From: the human T2T-CHM13v2.0 reference genome, Homo sapiens
Assembly: GCF_009914755.1 (NCBI RefSeq)
Contig: NC_060936.1
Length of the DNA stretch: 64,000 nucleotides
Strand: one strand, 5' to 3'
In this document: positions 28,330 through 42,954 of the stretch, one piece after another
Layout of the letters: every line of letters starts with the position of its first letter
How positions within the stretch are numbered: the first letter of the stretch is position 1
Position numbers and translations under genes: made by a program
Notes under the pieces: model-generated
Database searches by the model: none
What the model was told of the DNA's origin: nothing
Seen by the model: the letters and a program-made list of their open reading frames with translations, nothing else

Positions 28330-28720
28330 CCTCAGTTTTATTTCAACCAAATGATGCTGCCTCCTGGGGCTGGAAGGGGGCTGACTTCAAGCACAATTAT
28401 AAATGTGTAGCTCTTTCAAGCGGCGGAAACCTACAAAATGGCCTTGATTCACAGGGCCCCTCTGGCTCAAAGACTCTCTGCTTCCCGTGTGTCATAAATC
28501 TGTATCTGCATCAAAAAGTGTAAAGACGGCAGTGTATGGAAGTCCCTCTTCCTCTGCGAGTGTGTCTATGACAGATTTATACTGATGGCTACACTGCACC
28601 CCGGTCACAGGCTCCTATTATAGTCATGCCCCACTGACTCAGCCCCCATTTCCTGTGGAAGGGGAGACAAGGTCCTGCATGAAGGAGGGTGAAATTACAG
28701 CTCAACTCTCGAATTGCTGT
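28330..28720. promoter_or_regulatory. Candidate developmental enhancer
   Basis: Unique sequence with GTCATAAA (posterior HOX/CDX type, 28491), TGACAG (MEIS type, 28569) and TGACTCA (AP-1, 28636). Motifs only. Confidence 0.4.
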
Positions 28721-31700
28721 TAGTACAGGAGGACCTTTAAGGGCTGCAGCAAGACCCATTTTGTTCATAGCAACATCTACTGTCTCCTCACCCCAGTGTG
28801 GTCACAGCTAAAACCTAAGGCATTTAGTTTCATGACAAGATATGCCATGACAGGGTACTCCAGAATTCAACAAGGCCAAATGGATACATGCGAAAAGAAC
28901 AAACCACCTCATTTGTTATAATTTTTGTTTCTTCAAAGTGGTTTTCTTTTTCTTCCTGAGGGTACAAGTTTCAAATGTGGAAATTTTTTAAGGTAGCATT
29001 TGAATCCACCTCTCTATTAGTATTTGCAAATGGATGCAGAACAGGACTGGTTTTTGAAACCACCTCCTTGTTAGAGATTTTTCATCCTTTGCAAACATTG
29101 TAGGGTTTCAGAGGTAGCGGCTGGTGAGAACCCTCTTGTGTTTGACTGCAGCCTTCGAGGTTTAGAGCTGTCCTGCATTTCAGGGGGTGAATGGCTACTG
29201 GTAAAGAGGTCAAAATGAGCTTTATTCCAAGAGTTAAGCAATGAAGTTGCAAAGTTTAATTGGTGTAATTTTGGGAGATAAGGATGGAAAGGGAAGGATG
29301 TTAGGATAGTTTGAATCCTCTAAGAGGAGAAAAGGCAAAACTGATATTTGACTTTCCCACTGTATTTAGAGTATAGCCTTCATGGGGTAGCTGTTTCTTC
29401 TTGTGTTTGGTATGGCTCAGAGCACTTGAAAATGTCACTGGCTGAAGAAGAGTGCTTGTGATGATATTTTTTAATTCACTTTTTTTGTAGACTTTAGTAC
29501 TATAAAGAAATGATACATAGAGGGGAGTAAAAACTTGTCTAGCTAACAATTGGTATTATAATGGTTTTGAATGCACAGTTCTGATTAAATTTTATACATT
29601 TCTTCCGTTGGCCAACTTATCGTGAGCCTGGTTGTATGCCTCTGGTGTTTGTATGATATTCACTGCATTTTTTTCTAACGTGTTAAGGATTCTATTTTAA
29701 ATAGAAAATCAGATTGCAGTTTGAAAAACTTAGTTTTAAAACTCTACCATCTGCTAGATTTGTGGAAGAGGATCTGGTAAATGAAAATTGTGTGTGTATG
29801 TGTGTGGTTTATTTTATAGGCACTGCATATTTCTTTGATGATCTATTTTCCAAGCTCATTCTTATCTTTTAGAAGATGTTTCAAGGATTTATGCATCTGG
29901 CAAGATTTCAGAGAACTCTATAGTGGTGGAGATGTACACTCCATTTATAGGGAATCCTGAATCAGGGTCATTGAGAGCATTTATTTTGTTTTGCGCTTAA
30001 ATTTATTTCTGCTCTGGACATTTCTTTCAAATGGATCATTTTTACATGGTCAAATCTAAGCATTTTATTCATAAGAACTCTAATAATAAAGCTTTTTCAG
30101 TCCAGACATAGGTGGAAATTTGCAAAATGCATCAGGAAAGTATGGCAATTGCTTTTCAAGCCATCTTGTATTTGAGAAAGTATTGCATTCATTAGTGTTT
30201 GCAAAACTACCTTTAATGGTGCAAAAGTAAAGCTGACCTCTCCCTTTTGGTGCACAGATGTATAAACTTTATGGAAGTACACCCCAAGGTAGAGACTTAT
30301 TGGAGTAACTCTTAGAAAGGGCAAAGTTGGCCATAAACAGTGATGCAATAACCCCACAATTATGTATGCTCAATTATTTGGAAGGGAAGTCTGGGAGAAG
30401 TGTTTTATATGATTACATGGGCAAATAAGAAGTGAGTGTGGAGAAGCACGGTCCAAAGGTTTGCATTTGTTGTGTATATCCCAAATAGCACCCTAATACA
30501 GCTTTATAATGTAAATCCACCGGTACCAGTAAAACAGCATTTAAAACAAATTGTAAAATGAACAACATTTGCAAAGCAATAAAGAAACCACCTTTGCAAT
30601 CACTTTACTACAGTTTTGAAAAATGTTAGTGAATAGCTCTCCAAAGATGCAAGTAAATAATATTTTATTAGATTTCAGCCTAGGAGAAAGGGGAGGAAAA
30701 CCTTCAACTAGAATTACATGATTATTGCTTTGCTCCTCCCTCAACCCAGCAAACATTAAAATGGAACATAAAGCAAGTCTATAACAAGATTTATGAGGAA
30801 AGGTATTACACTTAGGGGCACATTGTGCAGAAAAGTCATTAAAATTGTTTGGGCCTTAAGAAGGGGAAAAAAAAAACCTTTTGAGAAAAATGAGAAACTC
30901 AGATGTATCAAAATGCCTTCCTTATGATTACCTGAGGCTTTAGGTTTTTAAAAGCCTTTGTACCTAAAGGTTCTGATTCATTCTCTATTGTGGCAACTTT
31001 TTCCTACCAGACAAAACTGAAAGATTTTGTTTCTCTAGGAAACATACTTAAAGAAGTATAGTAGACCTGGCATTCCTTTTGCATGCTCTGGTAGACCCCG
31101 GCTCTTGTATAATAAAAACAATATAGGCATGTTATATTTGCCATATGTTAGTTAGGGGGTTTCAGCAAACAAATACCTCCTTGTGCACAGAAGTAGATGA
31201 AAGCAAAGCTTACTGATGTCTACTATGCCTTAACTTACCTTCTTTGTCCTACATAGTCTGCCTAGCAGACTTCTTTCTGGTTGGTTGTATGCATATTTGG
31301 ATAATGGTGATAGCTCAGCATATTCTTTATGCTTTGTTCCGCTCTGAGGACAGCTAGTACACTCGATTCAGTATTATATGCTTTCCTATTTCCTTGCCTG
31401 ATGCTTCTGTGTTATGCTAAATCTCAGTTTATTCTGTCAGTAAAGTTGAGGAGAGTGAGTGAGGAGTGCGTTTGCATGTGTGTGTTTTCTTATCTGTAAA
31501 GTTTTAACTTTGGCTTACTGTTTAACCAGGAAACTCAGCAGGACAAAGGAGATCTAAATAAAACTATATTCCTGTTGAGAATCTCCAAGGTTATGCAATA
31601 CTATAAAATGGTGGTTTGAGTAGAAGTTCTGTAGTTCATCCTTATCAGACTAATGGTTTTGGGGTTTTTGAAAAGGAATGTTTCAAGGAGGTCTTTGAAA

Positions 31701-32033
31701 ACCATTTTCTTCAAATGTTCATTGCATCTGAGATCCCATTTTTGTCCCTTTATTTGCTCCAGAATACCGCCCAACTGCCAACAAAGAAGGGCTTGTGCTC
31801 CCAGGAATTTTCTGCATTCCTCTCTGGAGTAGGCATTTTTCTCAGCTACAAAGGCCCTTTGGCGAATTCCCTCTAATCATTGGATTTGCCCTGGGCTCTG
31901 ATAGGTGCCATTCATGGACTTGGTCTGCTGTTTGATGGGGCTGAGGCATTAATGGGATCTTTTCATGATAAACAAAACTGGGTAACATTACCAGAGGGAT
32001 CACAAAGCTGCTGTTGTAGGGGGAGTGTGGTGC

Positions 32034-32100
32034 TTTCTCTCTCTTTCTCTTTCTCTCTCTCTGCTTTTTCCTTCTTCCTCCTCTTCTCCCTGTTCTTTTT
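32034..32100 (+). repeat. CT-rich polypyrimidine tract
   Basis: About 67 nt, almost purely C/T. Confidence 0.9.
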
Positions 32101-32604
32101 ATGAACGCACATTTGTGTGCGTGTGCAGCATGGCCATTTCTAGAAGCAGATCTTCTGACCTTTGCTGCTACTCGTAAGTCAATGGCCAATGGCAAGGCCT
32201 TTGTTGAACATAAGATGATTCTATATACTGATCTGATCTACAGTAGCTTCACAGCCTGCGGGGAGGTCTGTGTTTTCTTAATTGATTAAACGTTGGAAGA
32301 ATACTGCATGAAGAATCTGATTTTGAGATCTTTCTTACATGCTGGCATTTAATTACTGAAAGTATCTGGTAGTTGAGATGAATGAGTCTGGGGGAATAAA
32401 TACTTAACACAAGAATTCAACTTCATGTGGCTGCTGTGGTGGTATATCCCTGGCTGTGTTATCAATGCCAGACTGAATGGGGTAACTCGTCACTGTTGTT
32501 GTATCCTATTTGCTTCTCAAAAGAATGCAAAAATGGTTAGTTGAAACCTGATTCCTGCAATAGTGAAGAAGTGAAATTAGAATTATTTTAGGTGATGAAC
32601 ACTA

Positions 32605-32827
32605 TTTTTTTAAAGTTTTTATTTTTGTGGGTATGTAGGTGTGCATATTTGTGGTGTATGTGAGAGATTTTGATGCGGGCATACAATGCTTAATAATCAC
32701 ATCAGGGTAAATGAGGTATTCATCACCTCAAGCATTTATCCTTTGTGTTGCAAACAATTCAGTTACACTCTTAGTTATTTTTTAATGTACACTTAAATTA
32801 TTATTGACCATAGTCACCCTGTGGCAT
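32605..32827 (-). mobile_element. L1 (L1MA-type) 3' end
   Basis: Reverse L1MA 3' UTR (catcacctcaagcatttatcctttg); TSD-like aacact(a/g)ttttttt on both sides. Confidence 0.8.
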
Positions 32828-33200
32828 AACACTGTTTTTTTGATGAAAAGAAACTGACAGTACAAACTAGAGAACTTGTGATCATATTAACGGCATTATT
32901 TTTAAGTTTCTGAGAAAATTAAGGAAAAAGTTTCTTATTTTAAATGGAAATCTCTGATGTAATTTGGAAATAAATAGTACATTAGGCATCCTGATAGAGG
33001 TAATTCTACTTACTTGCCATGCATTTTCTTATGTTCCATCTGAATACTGGGGCTTAGGCAAAAGGACAAAAAGGAGTGGTCAGGGAGAGCACAGAGTGAG
33101 CAAGCATGCAGAGCAGCGATTTAAAAGTCAAAAGGAATGTTAGGTTAAGGGAGGATGGGTGAAAAGCAATGCTTATTATTTGTCCTAAAGCAAGAAGAAA

Positions 33201-33503
33201 GGCCGGGCGTGGTGGCTCACGCCTGTAATCCCAGCACTGTGGGAGGCCAAGGCAGGCAGATCACCTGAGGTCAGGTGTTTGAGACCACCCTGGCCAACGT
33301 GGTAAAACCCTGTCTCTACTAAAATTACAAAAATTGACTGGGCATGGTGGCACGCCCCTGTTGTAATCCCAGCTACTTGAGAGGCTGAGGCAGGAGAAAT
33401 CACTTGAACCCGGGATGTGGAGGTTGCGGTGAGCTGAGATCGCGCCATTGCACTCCAGCCTGGATGACAAGAGCAAAACTCCATCTCAAAAAAAAAAAAA
33501 AAA
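33201..33503 (+). mobile_element. Alu (AluS)
   Basis: ggccgggcgtggtggctcac… through poly-A tail. Confidence 0.95.
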
Positions 33504-34285
33504 GTTAAATGATTCATCCATCGGAAGGGATAGCACAGTGCCCTCGTGTTTCCACCAGCCACTGATGCTAATTCTTCATTTTAATTTTGCCTTGACTTCC
33601 TGGCTAAGTGTATGTATTTTAATATGAGTTTCAGCCTCCAACTAAATAACAAACAGGACACCAGGCTTCTGTCTAGCCAAGGTGTCGTGATGCTGTTTAA
33701 CAGCCCCCAAATCCCTACCTCAATACATTTTAAAATATCCAGGTGCTGTAAGTCGGATGGGAAAAAGTTTGAGGAGAGAAAGTCATTACCTTCGGTAGAG
33801 CAGCACTTTATTCATTTTTTTTTTCAGGTTTTGCTTTTTGATTAATGCTTTTTGTTATCATCTGTTCAGTATAACATATTGTAAATCATAAACTCAGGGT
33901 TCAGATCTTTCAGAGACTTTTGCAACTTGAAAGGTGGAGCTTCCCAGCCTCAAGGAAATCTGCAGTGGCTAGTGTTTCCCACAGGGCCCCATTACCCAGT
34001 CCTGGAAAGGTGCTAACGAGGCATCTTTTTTTTTCCCAGTGAAGAAAACATCATGCATTTTAAAATATCGGTGTTATCTGATATTCACATGTTTCAAACA
34101 TATGGTTATAGTACATATTCAACAGCCCTTAAGGGCTTAAATATCCTTTGTATGTACTATAATCCTAGTGGTAGCCACTATACAATGAGCACCTACTATG
34201 TCCAGCGCATGATTCACATTATCCTTAATCCTCCTAGCCTCCCTGCCAAATCATGTTACGATTATTCCCATTTTAAAGATGAGGA

Positions 34286-34685
<400 letters not shown>

Positions 34686-36319
34686 TCATCCTATTTTGCC
34701 TTCTGGTCAGTTTATAACTCGTGCTTCCGAACAGATGAAAACTTAAAAGTTTAGTTGAATATCCAAATGTTTCCAAATATCCTTATATTTCATAGCTTGT
34801 AGTTTATGACACATTTGGGAGCAAGTCCTTTCCAATGTTTATTTATTCTCTATAGTACCTACATTTAACTTTTTTCTCCCATAATGACTTCCGATCCTAC
34901 TTCTCCCTGATTCAGTATTCACTCCATTACTTCACTGGCTCTCTTCCTTATTATCTGTCACAGGACACACGCACTTTGGAAAAATCTGCCTTGTGATATG
35001 ATAATTGCAGGATGTTTTCTGAATTGCAGAAGGCTGGAGTAGAGGGGGATGAGGGTTTGAATCAAGTTTATCTCTGGATGAGAGGAATTTTGGCCTGGGA
35101 AAGGAACTGGAAACGTTCTGACCAGCTTTCCGAATGCTGGTTAAGGAAAAGCCTAACTCACTCTAGACTGTGCTCTGCATTCTAGACATTTTATCATGGT
35201 CTGCACCCTTCAGGATCTTATATTCTGAGGAAGAAAGTGATTATTTCCCAGGTTGTGTTATTTTTATGAAGATAATTGAAGCTCTTTTATCTCTGGATAG
35301 TTTTCATTTTAATTTATAGATATCCCACTGCATCTTAGGAAAGCTGATATTTTTAGTTCCAAACTACTGGATCACATTTTACCTGCTGGCACTTTTGCTA
35401 CCTGAGTAGTTTCCTGACACTTGGGGTTTTTCTACTATTCAAGTTAGACACTAAGGCAACTATGCAGGGAATTTAAGCAAATAATAAAATCAAAAGAGGA
35501 GGGAAACCTTTCGTCTCAATCATCTGAATATTTTGTACTTTTAAAATCTTTACGGATAGGGTAATATTTTAATACTTATAACGACTTCATTATTTTAGAT
35601 TATCTTGTATATGTAATTTACATTACTCTTCTAACTGCTGTAAGCAAATTAGGTCATGTTTACTCTGTAGTCAGTGAAAACGATTTGTTCGAATTGAGGT
35701 CTCCTTGGATTATTTCAGTCATAGCTACATCTCTATTAGAGAGAAAGGCCACTAATTATCAGCCTCTCTGCATTCTCTAGGAGGGCCTTAATGCACTCTA
35801 AATTTGTACATGAAGATTTTGTTAAGAAAATACTAGATCTTACATGACTAAATGGCACGCTACTATTCCAAGGAGCTTGTTTTTAGTTTTACTTCTCCCC
35901 TGGACTCCTTTTCAGGGTGTTTTCAAGCAAGGTAGAATCTGTTCCTAGGTCACAGCATAGCTGAATGCCAGAGAGCAGAACTTAACCAGACCTAAATCTT
36001 GAACCTGGTTCAGGTAGAAACCAGACAAGTGTCATTAAGTTTTCCTCTTAGTAGCCACAGCAAGCTCACAGCAGCCTCTAGCCAAGGACCAAGTATATCA
36101 AAGGAGACTGACCAGCACTGTGGACTGCAGTGAATGCATAGAGCGGGGTATGGAGACCACAGGGACAATTTTATTTTTTCTTGTTCTCTAAAAGACCACT
36201 AGGAACAAAATGAGCCCAATTTTTGTAGTACAAGCGCTGGTAATTACTGAACACTCACTCAATTCGGTTAATAAAGCTAAATATACCCAAACAGGCCATT
36301 GTTTTGAAGGGAGATTTTG

Positions 36320-37275
36320 TGGTGTGCTGGAGGCACGTTGGAGCCAACTGTTACATTTTTAGAAAGTTTGAGAGCTGGTTGTTAAACATAGCCCTTACTA
36401 AAAATTAACATATATAAATGTATAATTAAATAAATTATGTTTAAAAACAGGCAATGTGTAAAGCTCATCATTTCCAAGTTATTCTTCTGGACTTTACTAT
36501 TATTTATGCTCTTGATGTTATTTATGTTTGTTGTATCTATGTGGAGAAATACTCCACATATTATGTGTGGTATGCCACCTCCCATTTCTTTCCAGCTCTG
36601 TGTTTAGTGATGACACGTTGGCAGCTGAAATTGACCATGGTAGGAGCATTTACACCACAGAAATTGGCAAATGCTACAAGCAGGACTTGACAGGTTGTTT
36701 TGATTATTAACTAGACTTTAAAAAATTATTGAGAACATTTTAATAATGCAGGTTAAACAATAATTTCGGCAGCCTTTACATTATAAATAGCATAAAACAT
36801 TTAAGGAAATATTCTTTGGATATTCAAAAACTATCATCCGGTTTAACAAAGAAGTCACTCACATTATTGATGAATGAGTAAACCTTTGACTTCACTGTTT
36901 CACTTTGGTTTTACTTATTGATATAAAGAAAAATATCAACCAATGTTCATGTTGAAACTGCACTTATTTGTTAATGACATGAGCTGTTTCTTTGCTGAAA
37001 TGAATAGTCACCAAGCGTTTATTTGTTGTCTGATTTTGTGACACTGTTGTTGGTGATAGAATTACAAAAACTGATACTGAATTTTGCAAGAAATAGCAAG
37101 TGAAACAAATTACAGGTGTATGGAATTTGAAAACAGAGTATTACATATTTTATTATCACTTGTCAATTATTTACTAAACATTCCTTAAATCACTAATTTT
37201 ATAATACACTTATGAATATGTATATATGCACACATTGTTTTTTCTCCCAGAGATCCTGACGTTAAACATTTACTA
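36320..37275. mobile_element. MER63-like hAT-Blackjack DNA transposon
   Basis: gtgtgctggag…gagctggttgttaaacatagcc…tttacaccacagaaattggcaaatgctac matches recalled MER63. Confidence 0.7.
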
Positions 37276-37799
37276 GATAATGGAAGACAATGGATGCCTT
37301 ATGACATGAATCTATAAATCCCCCACAATTTTCTGTTGAGTCCTATTTTTAGATCCTTGTTATTCGAAGGACACAAGCAGAACTTTTCAAACAAAATAAA
37401 ACACACACACACAAACCTAAGAAACACGATCTCCACCAACTTAATATTCTGAAGTATGTGAAAACGAAGTGTTTTATGTGAGAACCATAGGAATGTTTTT
37501 CAAATATAATAAAAATGGATGGTGTTGATTAACTTACTTTGTAAAGACTTTCCTTAGTTTATTCTCTGAGAAACGACTATGTAGCAAACTTTGTCCTGGG
37601 CTCTGCACCAATATAAGGAGGACTTGGTTCCTGTTTCCCAGGTTGAGCTTAAATGTTTGCTGTAATATGGATCATCCTACTTTTAAGAGTTTTTTTTTTC
37701 TTTCCAAATAAATAGCTAAAGAGCCATTTTCAGTTTCTTAAGAGAACTGACGTGAATTTGTGAAGACCGTTGATCATCTTAATTTGTCTTCCATAGATA

Positions 37800-37990
37800 G
37801 TAATAAACAAACAATATCGAACACCTGTTATGTGCTACATTCTATACCAGGCACATTCCTCAAAACTAATCTTTTGAAAATCTCTGTGAGCTCAATTATA
37901 ATATCTTCATTTTACACAAAAATGAGACATTATACTGGTAATAAATGATGAAGATGAGATTTGAGTTCAGGTTTTTCTGACTCAAAAATT
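37800..37990 (-). mobile_element. MIR
   Basis: Degenerate reverse MIR (cattttacac…gatttgagttcagg). Confidence 0.55.
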
Positions 37991-40263
37991 CTCTGTCTTT
38001 TCTGAAAAAATGTTTTACCCCAAGAGCCCTTGAAAAAGAAAACAACCAAAAATTATATTCCTTTAAATTACTGGACACACACTGAGCCTGGGGAAATGCT
38101 TTCATCAAGTGTGAGAATAAAACTAAGTGACAGCTGGATGGCCAGATCCATTTTCTGCAATAGATAGCAGAGTCTGAGAAAACAGCTGCCCAGAAATGAG
38201 GAAATGGAACAGACAGTATGTTTTGGTATCTTTTTACATTCAGAAGAAAGTAGAGAACTATATTCTGATGTCATTAGTCATCTCTGATACAACCAAATTT
38301 TTGACCTGCTGATACTACAGGATTTAATTGTGAAACTCACGGTGTGGCCTAAGATAATTCCAACTTCCTCACTCTCCTCTTGTCCCATACAAAATATCAA
38401 TGTACTAATTAGTACTTACCAGTACTAATTCAAAATTTTATATCTAAATTTTGTAGAGTGAGATAGTTATATAAACCAAGTAGTAGTATTAGAAAGAAAA
38501 TAAAGCAAGCTGAAGTAGGATCTAAAAGAAGAAAGAGAATACATTATTCGTATATATTGGTCTAAATGTTGCCCTAGTTTGTTTGTTTGTTTGTTTTGGT
38601 TTGTTTGTTTTTTTAAAGAAACAAGCACCAGGATATGAGATGTCACTGGGAATACCATTTCCCTTCAGCTGCTTTATATTTCATTGTCTCTTGGTTTAGA
38701 ATGTGTTTATATACACATAAATATATTCTCCACCAAATATACAATTTGGAACTAATGGCTTTGCTGATTGAAAAGACTGAAACTTGTGTCACTTCACTAA
38801 AGCATTTCCTAAAAACAAATGCCATAAAGTTAAATGTATATATGGCCAATGTATGCTAGAAAATAAAGGGACATGTAGGATTTTAAATCAATTGATTTTT
38901 CAGCCATCAGTTTGAGTAACATAAATTGCAGACTATTAGGAAACTTTGGAGAAATGCATAGGCTCACAGTAAAAGGATCTGAGTGGGGAAAAAATTACCT
39001 TCTAGGGAAAGCCAAAAAGACTGTAGTCACAAGAGCAGAATGAACATACTGAGACATCGCCGGGGAGGTGGGGGCAGAGCAAGGGTCTCTGGTAAACAGG
39101 AGCCACTGTGAGAAGGATCCAAGGTAAAAGGTTCGAGAAATCACAGTGAGTATTTTTTTTTAGGTTAAATGTTAGCAAAATGCTTCTGACAGGCGTGTCA
39201 AACACTGTATCCGTGGACCTACAGAGGCTGTTTGTGTTCCAAGAGTAGTGCTTCTTCATTCTGAGGAAGAATAGGGATTTGATCACAGAATTTCTGAACT
39301 CAGAGTTATGCCACGTCTTTTGGCTTTTTGATTGGTGAGAAGTAAGGCTTCTGTGAATAACTAGCAGATAACAGATAACATCCATTTTTGTTGCTGGAAT
39401 GAAATAAGACCCAACACTGGCAAATTTACATTCATGATAACGGCCTAGAGCCACTTGATTTCCTAGTGGAGATAAAGAGGTAATGTTTTATTTGGGGGAA
39501 GTGGGGTTATATTTGTCAGTATATAGTAGTAAATAACAAAACCAAACACATCGCGTAGCGATCCATGAGCAGTAATGATAATATCTTGAATTTGTACAGT
39601 AATTTGTAAAGCACTAGTTAATCAGAGAGAACTTTAAATCATTAGCTTCATTTTCCAGAGGCCCTGGGCCAGGGACGTCTGACAGATCTGTTCAACGTCA
39701 TAGAATTAACTCATGGGTTGAGAGGCTGGGCCTAGAATCTGGGCATACTGCTTCCACCCAGTGTGTTCCTTGGCTCGTTGAGTGACCAAAGCACCGCAGT
39801 CACCCAGTCTACCTCTAGATTATAGACTCATCAAACAATTGAAGCTGCAGAGCAATTCATTTTTAAATGACTTCTAATATGAAGCACTACACAATTATCA
39901 GTATGCCCTTACCACATAGAACTGGGACCTATCTTGTTTTTCCACAGTAGAAAGCATTCAGAATCAAGACAGTGCAAGCCACCTTCTCCAGTTCCTTAGC
40001 AATTGTTCTTTAACTGATTTTTTTGCTGCAACTTTACAACTAAAGAATTACTGTTTTATAAATGAATAAAACAAGGTGCAAGAGAATGGTTCTGATATGC
40101 ACAACTGGTTGATTTGATGATTCTGAATGATGTGTTTATTAATTGATTCAAATAATTGTTTTTGACATTTTGAGGATTAAATTTCTGGCTAGTTTGATGA
40201 TACTAATTACTTATTTTAAAACTCTTAAACATCCTACATATATATAACTCTACAGCCAAGTCA

Positions 40264-40609
<346 letters not shown>

Positions 40610-40705
40610 TTATATCAGTCTTTGAAATGCATGTCCTAATTTTTATTTCTTAGAGGTGTGGCTTTCTGATTATTTTGGGAGTAGGTTATAATGAATTGAC
40701 TTTAT

Positions 40706-40729
40706 CACACACACACACACACACACACA
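40706..40729. repeat. (CA)12 microsatellite
   Basis: Read directly. Confidence 0.9.
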
Positions 40730-42636
40730 TAATAGAAAATAAGGATAAATACTAAAATGGGCATTTTTCTGTATAATTAACAATATTGATATAGTCAGTT
40801 AAACCAAATGAAATTGCCGTTTTTGTAGGTAAAAAAATTGAATATTGTCTATTTCTCATGCTTTATTCTGCTTAATTTTGTTTACGTGTTTATCAAGCTT
40901 CTTGTATGGGATTCCATTGTATTTTGAAACCAAGCTCTCTTCCAGAAGAAAAAGAAAATGGAAAAAAAAATTACCAATATTCAAATATTTTGATTGTTCA
41001 TTATTACAGTTTTATAGGTTGAGGAATAGAAAGAAAAAGCAGAAGACAAATAAAATACCTCATGTCCAAACCTGTGTGTGGACACTAACTCCACAGCACA
41101 GACATGTCATCACTCAACTCCACTTCTTCTGAGAATAGCGACACAGTGTGCATGACAATGCCTGCCCTGTATATGCACAGTACTCTTTGCACGCTTCTAC
41201 TTACATAAGGAATATTTTTCTTTAAAAAATACTTTCCTTAAAAACACATATATTCTTAAACTAATACATTCTCTTTAGAAATTTTAGATGACTCATAAAA
41301 GCTGAAGGAATAAAATAAAATTGTTGAATCTTACTACTCAGAAGAAATCAGAGTTAATATTTTAGTGTAAATTTTTTATCTATGAAGTAAACAATTTTAA
41401 AAGCTAAATATAGAGTCTCATTTAGAAAATATGTATTATACCTTGTGTAATTTTGTATTCTTTACACTTCACATGATATTGTTTCCCAAGTCATTAAATA
41501 TTCTTCTAAGTAACCAGATTAGATCAGCAATAGTTCACTTAAAACAGCGAACAAGCTGCATTAAAAACCAGCCAGAGCCTTACCAAAGAGCTGATGCTAT
41601 GAATACCAATCATAGCTTAGTTGCTGTTCCATATGTTAATTTAATTTGACAGAGTAAGAGTCTTTGAAGTCCTAATTCTCTTTTGCATCCAATAAACCAG
41701 TTTTTATAGTGCGTGAACTTTTAGACATCAGCCTGCAGCTAAACTCATGTCGGGAAGTTGCCATGAGGTCACACATAACAATGGCTTGGAGGGGCGATCC
41801 TTTGGAAGTCTTGTGGGAGAGGTGAGGGGACTGTCAGGGGTCACTTGGGGGGTCAGTGCCTCCGATGATAGCATCTTATGGGCATACAGATTTGTTGCCA
41901 TTTTATGTGAGCTCTTGAAGGTTGATTTCTACAGAAATGGGTCCACAGTAGCCCAGCAACATTCATTAATAAGTGTGTAGGTACATCTTTGTGTTTATTC
42001 ATGGGCTCTGTAGCTTTAGAAGGAAAAAGCTAAGCACAAGTGTCTTGCTAGTATGTTGTTTCACTTCCCATACTTCAGCAAGAAGGTGACTCTCTAGTCT
42101 TCCCTATCATCAGCATTTAGAATCCGGGTGGTGAGTTAGTTCAACTCATAGAATACTCTTGGGGATATTTTTGTTTGATGCTGATTAGGGCTGGTGGTAC
42201 CCACTAGAAGGGTAGAGGGGGAAAGAAACAGGGCATTAGAGAAGAAGATCATAAAGAAAAAGGTTAAAAATAACAAATTATGCTAAACATTAAGTTCTGT
42301 AGAGTAAGGATTTTAAGTTTTTTTATTATTCTTTGTTTAGATTGTACGTTCTTTGAGGGCAGAAACCATGCTTATAAGATATTACAAGTCTAGAAGCTGA
42401 TGTTATTGTCTAATAGTTATTCTGGAGGTTCAACGTCAAATATAGTGTCCTAATTGCTACAAACATTAAAGATCAAGACCCTGTGGAAATGGGTTTCTTT
42501 TCCAATTACTGATCACCTCCAGTGTGCCAGGACCTGTGCAAGGCTAGCATTTGACTCCAAAGGTGTATGGGCATTCCCTGTACCTGAAAACGAGTGGGAG
42601 CCAAGCATGTGAACTGTTAACTTCAATTAAAAGGGG

Positions 42637-42954
42637 TTGCTGGGTGCGGTGGCTCACACCTGTAATCCCAGCACTTTGGGAGGCCGAGGCAGGCGGATCA
42701 CGAGGTCAGGAGTTCGAGACCAGCCTGGCCAACATGGTGAAAACCCATCTCTACTAAAAACAAACAAACAAAAAATACAAAAATGAGCCAGGTGTGGTGA
42801 TGCATGCCTGTAATCCCAGCTACTCAGGAAGCTGAGGCAGGAGAATAGCTTGAACCAGGGAGGCAGAGGTTGCAGCGAACCAAGATCATGCCACTACACT
42901 CCAGCCTGGACAACAGAGTGAGAGATTCCGTCTCAAAAAAAAAAAAAAAAAAAA
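42637..42954 (+). mobile_element. Alu (AluSg-like)
   Basis: ggatcacgaggtcaggagttc; extended linker; poly-A tail. Confidence 0.95.
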
